Assembly: GCA_000708835.1 (NCBI GenBank)
Contig: DF236956.1
Span: 248,001-312,000, forward strand
Source of the DNA: Klebsormidium nitens
Taxonomy: Eukaryota > Plantae > Klebsormidiophyceae
Direction of reading: 5' to 3'
Length of the DNA: 64,000 bases
The notes under the pieces were generated by a model. The model had not been told where the DNA came from and ran no database searches. It saw nothing but the letters and a program-made list of their open reading frames with translations. The translations under genes were made by a program, and so were the position numbers. Shown in pieces: positions 1-11,300 of this stretch (its first letter is position 1; each line of letters begins with the position of its first letter).

Positions 1-293
1 AAATCTCTTTGTCTTCCCAACTTTGCAAGAATGATCAACTTACCACCATGTACTCTAGCTGCGCAAAAAGATGGCAGTGAGAGAGCCATATGGTGGACAA
101 CGGAGGGACTTGAAGCAGAAGCGAATCCAAAAGATGCAAGGCAATCTGAGTCTCTCAATACTTCGATACCCCTGAATCAATTGTGGACCCTTGTGCTAAT
201 TCTGGCTCCACATAGTTCGTCAAAAGCACTTGGGTTCTGTCAAGCTCAAATCTTTGCCATTTTCTTTCAACCGTCACTCTGCTTGAATCTCAC

Positions 294-1573
294 CCACAAA
301 GGCCTTCTTGAAGATCAGCTGGTCGTGCAGGATGGGCCCTAGCGGAGGGGGACAAAGCGCCCATATAAAGTAGTTCCCGTCAAACTTATCCATAGCGTCC
401 AGCCAAAAGTCGACCTTTGTTCTGTCAACCGACGAGCCACCGAGGGGTGCGTTATCGTGGTTGTCTGCCCACCTGGAGACGGGTTAGCAAAACCCTGTTT
501 TTGGACCCAAACCTGCATTTGCAGTCCGGAGTAAGCCCGACCCTAAATTGAACCAATTGGGCTGACTTGGTAAGGGTACTGGATGGGTGTCTGCCAATTC
601 TTTTTTTTGGACAGCTAATAAATGAAGTAAGCTTAAGTCAAAGAGCTTAGTAAGAGCTGCAAAGATCGGAGGGGCTTGGTATGCATTTGTCCAACCTACT
701 TCACAACGAATCCAGGGACTACCAAATGCATAGTCGAAGGTGTATCTCCTGTGTGAGGAACATGGTCTTTGCCCAAACCTGACAATATGATCATAGATGC
801 AATCCCAAATTCAGAACTCTTCATAGCTTCGGTACAAGGTCAGTTCCACTTTCGCAAACGATAATGTAAATCCCTCTTTTCTCTGCTCTTCCAGACAGAA
901 TTCCACAGTCACCCATTCTGCTCCTGTCAACCGCCAAGACATTGTTAGAGAGCATGGTGCTAGGCTCACTTCATAATCTCCAGAGACTCCGTAAGGATAG
1001 TCCCATTGGGGAGGGCAAGAGCAGGTACAGTGCCCTTAGGGTTCACTTTCTGCACGTAACTGCGCTGCAGGTTTTCACACAGGAAGGTGTGAACGAGCTC
1101 CAAGTCGTACTCGATACCCTTCTCCTCCATCAGAACTCGTGCCTGTAAGAAGAAAGCAACAAGTATTGGTTGAGCACGTTGCGACAAGCAACTCTGCGAT
1201 GCAGATCCAAGAGTTTCTTGATCAACGTTGTTGCGCTGACAGAGATCTGAAGCAGAAGAAAAGAAAAGGGCAAAATTGCAGATTCCAGAGCTTGTCTAGC
1301 CATCACGAGGCGTGCGGCCCGCCTATCACAAGCCTTGAGGTAAAAGCCCAATGCCTGCAGAAAGAGAATATTATGTCGTTTTCTGGCGCTTTGTGGTACA
1401 GTATGATCATCCCATAAGCTGCAAAACAGAACAATGTGAGACATCTGGATTTGAGAGCAGATCATTTCCTGGAATTAAATAAAAGTGGGTTCTGGCCTTC
1501 TCACCTTCATTGTGGCATATGATGGAGGAAAGAAGTACAGGAGGGGCTTGGTTAGCGCCATGGAAGCAGCCAT
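294..1573 (-). CDS. Glutathione S-transferase-like protein (GST N-terminal domain), 3' end unresolved or beyond the window
   Basis: Exons 1573-1505 (MAASMALTKPLLYFFPPSYATMK), 1142-970 (ARVLMEEKGIEYDL...VNPKGTVPALALPNGTILTESLEIMK) and 472-294 (WADNHDNAPLGG...DFWLDAMDKFDGNYF...). All junctions are GT-AG and phase-compatible. The NPKGTVP and ES motifs match the GST-N fold. Confidence 0.8.
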
Positions 1574-2128
1574 GGACAATTGAAGCGGCACTGCGCACCG
1601 CTGGTGAGCTCGCTTTAATTTGCTGAATGCTGAAGGTCGTTCTTGTGACTACAAATGACAAGTTGGCCCACTTGATACCAAGCAAGAAGCTCAGAAGCAC
1701 CCTGGTGTGCAGATTGAGGCATAAGCTACTTAGCTACAAGTTGCCCGATGTATGCGGGAAATTATGACAATGTCAGGTATGGATTGCATCTTGCAGTCTT
1801 CACCATTGCAGGACCAGCTTCACCAGCTGCTCTCAGCTTGAAAAGAATGCGAGGCAAATCCTGAGCCCGTTGACTTTTGAGATGTTGCCGCTTTCGATCA
1901 TGCAGCTTCGAACAATATTTACCAGCTAAATAAACAGCTCAGTTGCAAGCTTGCAGCTGCTTGAGATTGAATTTACGTTCCGGGTACAGGGATCCCTTAG
2001 CTGCCGCCGTCTTTGCGTCGTCCTTATCGACGGCCCCTAGACGTCCAGAGTGCCACGTGAACACAAATCTAGCCGTCGATTGTGGCATGGCGGCAGCGCG
2101 GCCATGGTCGCGGCGGGCCAGAAGCCCG

Positions 2129-2152
2129 GCGCGGCCGCCCGGGCGGCCGCGC
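2129..2152. other. Perfect 24-bp GC-only palindrome upstream of the GST-like gene
   Basis: GCGCGGCCGCCCGGGCGGCCGCGC equals its own reverse complement. Confidence 0.85.
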
Positions 2153-3394
2153 GGGCCTGCTGTCGGACGGTCGCACACCAGCCGCCGCGGACGGTCGCGG
2201 CCCCGCGTGCGACCGTACGGCCTGAGTCAGGCGGCCCGGGATCGTGACCGTGACGGCTCTGCAGTGTTTACGCTTGCGAGCGCCCGTTCAAAAATCTAGG
2301 AGAAAATTTCGCGGAAGGAAACCTTGTCCAAGACCGAAATGCCCAACAGCATGAACATTTTGAATTTAGAAGTGCCCATTGGAAGTGCCTTTGACACGCT
2401 CATAATGATCACTACGATACGATGGGTCCAAATATCCAAATATCTCAATCATTAACAGCCCAAGTGATTAACGATGATCTTGACGAGGTTGACGAGTCCA
2501 GACCAGCAAGCTTGAAAAGCGAATTTCAGGAGCTCGGGCGAGGATCGAAGGGTTCCGCACTCAAAATCCAGAGCTTAAGGGGCCGGCCGGATGGTTCAAC
2601 AGGAGGAATAGTGGAGAAAAACGCAGGGGGTGCAGGGGGGAAAGGCAAACGCTCAAAAGCGATTTCCCACTAGCTAGAAGCGGCGGAGTTGATTCGCCGA
2701 AAGATGCTAGAGAGCACGCGCGGGCAGAAGGGCGGGACATTTCGACGTACTTGAATTCATGGCGGCCCGCAAATGGCCCGCAAACAAGCCGGGGCCCGCA
2801 AACAAGCCGGAAAATTGGGAATGACGGTCGCGCTTGACCTACTGTGCAGATTCAATAAAGGCGATTGACCTCACACGTTCGTTCGCCTGGTGAGCACTGA
2901 CTTAAACAGTCATTTCTTAGAGCATCTCGTCATTGCCAGTCCTGTACAATCCATTTCTTGTCCGAGCAGTTCAAGCCCGACAACCTTCTGTTGTAAAAAA
3001 TCTTACGATTGTTTGATAAGTTGTTCCATTCGTGGCACTTCAACTGTGGCCTACTAAAAGATTAATTGTAAGAACACATTGCGGTAACAAGAGTTTGGAC
3101 CCGAGGCACAATAGGCGGCGCAATCGCTGCGTCCGCTTATAATTAGAAAGTGTTCCGGAGCAAATTGCTTACGGACTACACAGCGCGGAGCCCAACTGGC
3201 ACGCTCTTCAAGTTCGTTCCTGACAGTATGGAGCAAGGGAGACTGGCATAAGGTGAAACTTCTTACAGTGGGGGGTCGAGTGTCCCTGACCAGCGGCACG
3301 TGCATTTCAGCGGGATGAAAGGGATGAAGCAGACTGAAACTGAAAGAGCGGGGAGGTGCCCTTTTGTTATATAAGAGCGAAACTATCAGCTCCA

Positions 3395-3428
3395 CAGTCC
3401 GCAGTCCGCAGTCCGCAGTCCGCAGTCC
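3395..3428. repeat. 7-bp microsatellite (CAGTCCG)x~5
   Basis: Read directly: cagtccg cagtccg cagtccg cagtccg cagtcc. Confidence 0.95.
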
Positions 3429-5349
3429 AATCATTTATGGCATTTGGTTCTTCTCTTCTGAACTTTGCCCCTACTCCTTCAAGTCGATTGCAAATGATAG
3501 GCAGTCGGCTAAGTCTGAAAATCTGGATCGACTGCCCGTTGAATGCTCCTTGCTACGGCACTCAGGCGCCCCTGAATCGGCCGCAACGGGGCGATTCTAC
3601 GGGCGCACGCGCGTTGCAAAGATTGACCGCGCCGCTCATGCGCTAAATTAAGGTATCGCTGCAAAGTTGAAATTAGTGGGCCAATCTTCGGATCATCATG
3701 GAAATTTTGAAAGGGGTGAATCAATGGACTTGTATGACGGGGTATTGAACGGACCAAAGACGGGTTACATTAGCTGAAACCAAGAGTACGAACTCCCGAA
3801 GAGCTAGACTTTCTCAGAAAAAAAATACAAAAATGACGCGAAGTAATCGGGCACGTTCCTGATGTTCAATTGACAGCTTATCGCAAACGTGCCAGAAAAC
3901 TTGTGTGCATTGGCCAGTCAAGACAGCCTATGTAGGCCGAACTCAATACGAGGACGTCGTGGCACGACTTGAAAAAGGAGGTTCTCAAAGACGTCAACCA
4001 ATGTACAATTGAGCGGGAATGTAGAGCTTGATTTGTGGCGTCAGCTGAGTCACAACGTCTGACTTTGGCGATATGGCCATGGCCAGAAAGTTTCTTCGTA
4101 GCCACATTGGGATCAAGATCAAGTCATCGCAGGCAGTAGAACAGAAATTGGGCTCGCGAAGCGTCTCTGCGAGAATCCAGCGTTACCCCGCACGAAACGA
4201 GTCGCATCCGACCAGTCAGATACAAAACCAGGATCTTGATCAAGCTGGCGGAGGACAACAGGCGAGAAGTTCGAGTCTTGTGAAATACTGCCCAAAAGTG
4301 GAGGAGTCACAAGGTTCGTGTTCCTGGCGTCAGATTGCCACCATCAATGTCCTTGCTGGCCATTAGGCCACACGAGACATTTTCATGGCCATTATAATAT
4401 GCAAAAACAACCGGGATGATCTTGATGTGAGGGCTCAATTGCAACCCTGTAGAGGAAACTTTTTTGCACCAATTAAATTGCCTATTACTAAGCTAGCGAA
4501 TACAGCTTGCGCCCCAATGCGGGATGCAGTGACTTCCAACTTGAGCTTTAAGGAGCATAACTCAAGAGAAGTCGGGGCTGAATATGCCTGCAGGGTCGAC
4601 AAAGCCTCTGCAAGAAAATGCAACGGAGTTTATATATCCAAACGAGAGACCTTGATCCGTACAGACCCGGCGTGTACGGGAGTACTGTACTTGAATTCCA
4701 TCGCATATAGGGCGTGCAAGTCATTGGGGTGGAGACTATATACGGATGACTTTGCATAAGCGGTGGCCTCAGAAAAGAGAGATTGCCCGCCTGTGGCGCA
4801 AAATCAGAACGGCCAGGTCATAGGTCGACGTCGGCCACAGTTTCAAATCAGCGATTCGAGGCCAAGCTCACTGGGCCGCATGATCAGCAGGGTTTCTGAC
4901 GACGCTTCTTGCCACTTATCTACATTTCCTCTCAAACCCACTTCTTCGAACACACAAAGAAAGGCAGCCGCAAGCCGCAAGGGCAAGAGGAAAGACATTC
5001 TGCCCGAGGTTTCAAGCAGATGACGAGCTCGGATTTCACGAGATCAAAGTTGTCATGCCACGACGTCATGTTATTGCTTGCCTGCTTATGCCAGCGTTGA
5101 ACGAAGGAACTTAGAAACGCATGGGAGCTGAATATAAGTTCTAACTGACAAAGAGAGAGCGCACACGACAGGAAGATCAAATTTCAAAAAACGTTCCGGC
5201 TTAAAGATCCGGAATGAAGCCTCTGAAGCAAGCCTTGAGAATGGAGGTGCGTGGCTTCAACCCGCAGCGCAGCGCATCACCGGGAAAAACCGTTGTCGAA
5301 CCAAGAGTACTGTATCTGACTTGCAAGCTGTAGTGCTCTTGGGCGGTTA

Positions 5350-8300
5350 AATATGTAACGTGGGCGGGTAACGGTGGCATCGGCGGAAGCCGTAAGGAGA
5401 CTATGGGGCCCAGAAAGCCCCGACGGGATTGCCTTCGTCACCACCACGACATGACAATTCAACACGCTAGAAAGGTGCCTGAACTGCAAGATGTAACTTT
5501 GTATTTTGCGATTAAAGTGAGCAGACGGGCGAGAACCGGTTGGCATCAGAAGGAATCTCGAAGCAACTCGCGGGACAGCCCAGAGAACAGGTGTCAGAGC
5601 CACGGTTTGACGACTTCACCCAGACTCTGCCCGCCTGACATGCAAGCCTGGCAATGGTTTTCATTCTGGCGGTACAAATCAGCAGACAGTTGTGTTTGGG
5701 CAAATCAGGTGGCTTCGGAAGACCTCGATAACGAAGTGTGGGCGCCGATATGCCCAAACGGAAGAGTCGTCACAGCCGCTGAGCCACTGGGCCGAACTTG
5801 GACGGCTCTCCGTACAGAAAAGTATTCTGTAGAAGCAGGTTGGATTCTGGCCTTTAATACCAGCACAAGAACGGAGTACCAGGGGCAGTTGACGTCCTAA
5901 GATACACGTGGGCGCGGAAAGACTCAGACGGAAAAGTCGTCATAACCACAATCTGACAATTCTACTAAACAAGAATGCCTGCATTAGGTGGTAAATGGAG
6001 TAGTACGACTCCGGAACAACAGCACAGCTCTTCGCAGGTCACTGTGGCGTCGGAAGAATAACGCTTAGCAACTACTACGGATGGGCGAGGAAGCCAACAC
6101 GCCTCTTGACTTACCGAAACGTTCCCGTACGTTGGCGGTACAGCCACAATATAACGACTCTGCTTACAGATGGCCTGCTTGAGTCGGAAGCTTGTGCTTG
6201 ATCTGGCGGTCTACTCACCAGCGCAGTTGTGTCTGGACGGATCACAGTGGCATCGGAGGAGTCTTATTACAGCGTTGCGTGGGCGCGAGAAATGCCCAGA
6301 CGAAATGACGTCAGTGCCACAGAGTTTCGATGACTCCACTGACAAGATGGCTTGACTGGAGCGCAAAGTGTAGTGATAACTGGTCTGGAAGCTACACCGA
6401 AGTCGAGCAGGCAAAGGTGGCGTCAAAAAAACCTTCGTCCGAACAGGTGAGGGTGGCTTTGAAAGGCTCCTTGGAAACTTACGAGAACGCAAAAAGCCCA
6501 TGATAAACCGTCTCAGCCACGGTCCCGACTCGTGACTCTGCTTATAGAAAGGCTTTCTCGAAACGCAAGCTGTAGTAACGACTGTGGCCGTTGAACTTAC
6601 ACCAGGACAAGGGCAGGTGAGGGTGGCTTCAGAGAAGCTAGTAGGACAACTTTGGGTGCGAAAGGCCCCAGAGTAGTCTCGTCGCAGCCACAATTTCCTG
6701 ACGAATCAACTTACCGAGTCGGAATAGTTCTCACAGCCACGATCAAACGACTCTACTTACAAGTAGGCTTCTCTGACGGGCAAGCTGTGGTCTTGAATGT
6801 GGCGGTTACACACACCAGCACACTGTAGGCTTACGTGACGGCGCGGCGTCCACAGACCTCTCAGGACTTCTCTAGGCTCGGATTCGAACCAAACGGGGAA
6901 GTCGTCAGAGCCACCAGAATTGTACGGCTCTATCTGAAGAGAGGCTTGCCTAAAGCGCAAGATCTTTGGCAGCCGTGAAAACTAGAACAAGGCAGGTAAG
7001 GTGCAATTGAAGACCGACTTCTAGAAGCCGACTGGGAGCAGAAGGCCCAGCGGAACTGAGCCAGACAATTCTCAAAGACACCGCACTTTCTCGACTCTAC
7101 TTACAAAGGGCTTGCCTGACGTGCACCCTTTAGCAACGATTCTGCAGGTGGATTTACCAGAGGTGAATATCTGGACAGAACGTCATAGTAGCGTCAGCAG
7201 ACCTCTCTGGAAGGTTAAACTTGGGCACGGACATGCCCAGAAAGGAACGTCGTCACAACCACCGAAATTTAACGACTCTACTTATTTCACATGGTCCGCT
7301 TGGATTGAAGTGTGTATGAATGACTTGATTAGGCGAGTCCTCACAGATGACGTGTCAAAGCCGGGTATGGTGGCGTGTCGGAGAACGTTTCCACAAAAGC
7401 TGACATGGGCGCTGAAAAGCCCACATAGAAAGTCGTCATAGCCACTGCAGCTTGATACTCTTGATGACAAAGGCTTGCCTGAGGTGCATATGCTTAGCTG
7501 TAGTAATGATTATGGCGCGGCTGACCAGGTCACAGTGGCCTCGGAGTCGGACTCCTGCGACTCGGATGAGCGCGGAAAGCTCACGGAACAATCGTCACAG
7601 CCACGTCACTCTGAAGACCAGTCTACTTACACAGAGCCCTTGCCTGAGGTGCAAGATGTTGGCGGCTACACCAAAGTCCGAAGATAAGTGTGGCGTCAGA
7701 AGCTCTTGTGGAAAAGGGCTATGGACGAGAAAAGCCCAGGCCCATGTCGTCTAGGAGAAAGTGCGGCAATCTCGCTTACAAGAAGGCCGGCTAATCAGAT
7801 GCAAGCTATAGTGATGACACGGGTGGTTTAAGAGCACGCGGCTTTGGGCATAACCCGGTGGTGTACGAAGTCTTTACAGCTATCCCCATAGACGTCCCAT
7901 AGACGTCTGGGTCGCATAGAGCTGTCGAGAGGGAAAAGTCGCAACTGCCATAACCTGGACGACTTTACGTACAAGAAGGCCTCGCGATTGTTGAGGTGCA
8001 TAATTGTCGTACTTACTGATGTGGCAAGAAAGTACAATTGTCTGGTAAGAACCGGTGGCGTCGGAAGTCTCTCGCACACCAAAGGTTCTGAGCGCAGCTT
8101 AGAACGGCCCAGACAGAATAGTCGTCACAACGACACTCTTTCCAAAAACCACAATTGGATTTAACTCCAAGGTTAAAGCAGCAAAGAATGCCATTTCCTC
8201 AGAGCTCTTGCAAGCGCGTTCCGGAACGTGGCGCGCCCCTGGACCATTGTGCTGCGCGCGCGCGCGCGCGCGAGCCATGATTGCGGGGAGCTCAAAGGGG

Positions 8301-11300
8301 AGCTCAAAGCCCATCAGCTGTTGTAGAGTCCTTTCAAGTTTTTGGAATGAAATAGCGTCAGTTGCTCCATGCTTGCGGTCCGATCTCTGGTCGAAGAATC
8401 CAAAGATAGACAGTTGCAACTCGTGATGACTCTCCGTTCTCTAATCAGGCTCACTAAGCAATTTGACTCTGGATACAATGGGCTGACCGATGTTCGGGGG
8501 AAAGAAACCTAGGAGAGCTCCAAGTACCAACATTCAGTGGTAACTGAGAAATTGCTGAAACAATCCAACCTCATGATCCCCAAAAAAGGCAGATCAAACA
8601 GACGTGAATCCACAAAAAGGAAGAGAGGAGAACCAATCCGCCGGACGTCCAAACCGTAAACAGCTTTCCTTTTGGCACGTACAATTACTTCCTGGCTGAG
8701 AGCGGATGAATAGATAACAATCATTCGCCTCCTGTTGTTCACAAAAAGGAGAAGAGAACGTAGGCAGGACGCTACAAAGCTAGTTTCTTTTTCGACGACC
8801 GAAAGACCTGGTAATTTCTTGACGTGACTTCTATAGTGGGTCCGACGCAGACCACTGTTGGCTTTGGGACCAGCTGGGCCCAGTTCTCATAGCCACAGTA
8901 TGATTCGTTCTGCACTCGAAGGCATTGGACGCGTCGACGCGCCCACCTAAGCTTTTCGACGTCAGCGTTTTGAACATCTTGGGATTGAATGGCTAGCTTC
9001 TGGGAGCGCTGCCGGCGAGGATATCAATTGGAATTGAATTATTGCTCTTTCTTTTGGCGGTAAGAACACTTACAAGTGCAGGTAAGGGTGGCATCAGAAG
9101 CCGGTACTCTGACATACATTGGGCGCGGAAAGCCCCGACTGAAACTGCAACCTTCACCTCCGGGATGACGATTCAACTCGCAAGAAAGCCCGCCTGGGGT
9201 GCATCGTGCTGCGATCGTGTAATCTTGGCGTTTAAAGTGAGCCATCGGGCAGATACCGGATGGCATCAGAAGGAAATTTAGGACCAGGGGCATGGGCTCA
9301 GTAAGGACCTGAAAGAATGGTCGTCACCGCCACGAACCGACGAATCTACTTGCAAGGAATTAAAGCTTGCCTGAGCCCAGGTGCAAGCGGTCGTCGGTTG
9401 CTCTAGCGGCTATACACGAGCGCACTTGTGTTTGGATGATGACGGTGGCGTCGGACAGCTTTTCAAGCGACCGCCAGACGTGGGCGCGAAAGCGCCCAAA
9501 CGGGGAAATCATCACGGCCACCGAGGTTAGACGACTCTTTTCAGAAACGAGCTTGCCTGAAGCGCAAAATCTTTCACATCATCGATTGGCAGGTAACGGT
9601 GAAGTCTGACTTACGACAGCAACGCCAAACAGGAGCGGAAGGGCCAGCGGAACAGTCTTCTGAGCCACCGCACTTTGACGGCTCTACTTACCAAACCTCT
9701 TGATTGACGTGCAAACTGTAGCAACAACCCTGGCGGAAGTAGAACAGCTCAGCATCTGGGCACGACGCCCAAGGTAGCGTTAGCGGACCTCTTTGAGAGG
9801 AAGAAAGGGCGGGTGAATGCCCAGACAGAAAAATCGTCACAGCCCCCGAAGTTTGACGACTCTACTTTGTGCAACAATGCAAATCAACGCTTGATGGATC
9901 TCGGAGGTGCAGGGTATAAGGATAACTCAATCAGGTACTGACGAAATACCAGCAACATGTGAAGCGGGGTACGGCCGTGGCGTTGGAAAACTTTGCCGCC
10001 CACCTGGACATGAGCGCTGAAAGGCCCACACGGAACAGACGTCATAGCCACACTTAATCTGGAACTCTGCTTACTAGAATTTGTTCGCGTGGGGTGAAAG
10101 CCGTAGTATCGATTTTGGTGGATAAACAACGGCATGCATGGAACGCATCGCTGGCGCCGATCTGACGTTGCAGAGAAGAACCTGCGTGAAGAATCCGAGA
10201 GCGAGGAGTCTAATTTGTAACAATCACGACTCTTCGTACATGAAGGCTTGCATGAAATTCAAGCTGGAGAATATGATGATTCGGCGGCTAAACAACAGCA
10301 ATCTTGGTCAAGTAACGATGGCGTCGGGAGGCAATAGAAGACACACTGCGGGCTTGGAAAAGCTCAAATGTCACATTCCGAAGTTCGTCACAGCTGACAC
10401 TCAAACGTCGATTGGTCACAGCTCACACTCAGACGTCGACTGTACTTACTAAAGTGCTTGACTGGTGAGGTGCAAATTGTACGATGATGTTGCCGGCTAC
10501 AAAAGATTGGGACAGCTGAAAACGGTGGCGTCGGAACGCTTTTTGGAAAAGCATGAGAGCATGGAAAAGCGCGGACAAAAGTCGTCTCATCTGCGTACAG
10601 GTTGAGGACTTCTTTGACAGAAGGCTTGCGAGGGGTGCAACTTGCAAGCCGCCCTTATGACTTGTACAGCTACACCAAAGTGGCGTCGGCAGAAATCTGC
10701 GAGTGGGTTGTGCGGTGGAAAGCCCAGACCAAACAGTCTTCACAGCCTCATTCTGCCAGTCCTAGTTACAAGAACCAGATATTGCATCGGAAAAGTTCAG
10801 TTACACATCGGCGCGGGAAAGCCCAGAAGGAAGTGTCTGATCACAGCAGAAACGTGACGTCTCAAAATCTATCGGAAGGCTTGCGTGATTTATAAGGCCG
10901 ACCGACTTTGGCGGACGTCCAGCACAGTGTCTAGGCCGGTCATTCTGTGTGGCATCAGACAAACTTGAACGGCTGAGGAGAACAATGGGCGCTAAAACGC
11001 TCACACGGAACAGTCGTCAAAGCCACCGCTCGATGACACTACTTAAACGTTGAAGGCTCGCCTGAGGTTCATTACGTATAGCCATACATATGCATAGCGG
11101 AAGAAATGACTTCGACGGCTAAACAACCGCTTCTGACACAATATAAGTGGCATCGGCAGGTGGTAATGGCATCTTTAGGCTATTGGGCCCGGAACGGCCC
11201 AGATGGAACAGTCGTCACAGCCACACTCGAACACTCTGACGACCGCAGTTAATAAGTAGAAAAAAGGCTGAGGTGCAAGTTGCAACGACGAATTTGGCAA

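Noticed and set aside
4435-4623. Minus-strand ORF with LAEAL...IGAQAVFASL resembling an RI-type LRR
   Set aside because: It is a single short ORF lacking the LxxLxLxxN register, with no neighbouring repeats or supporting splice structure.
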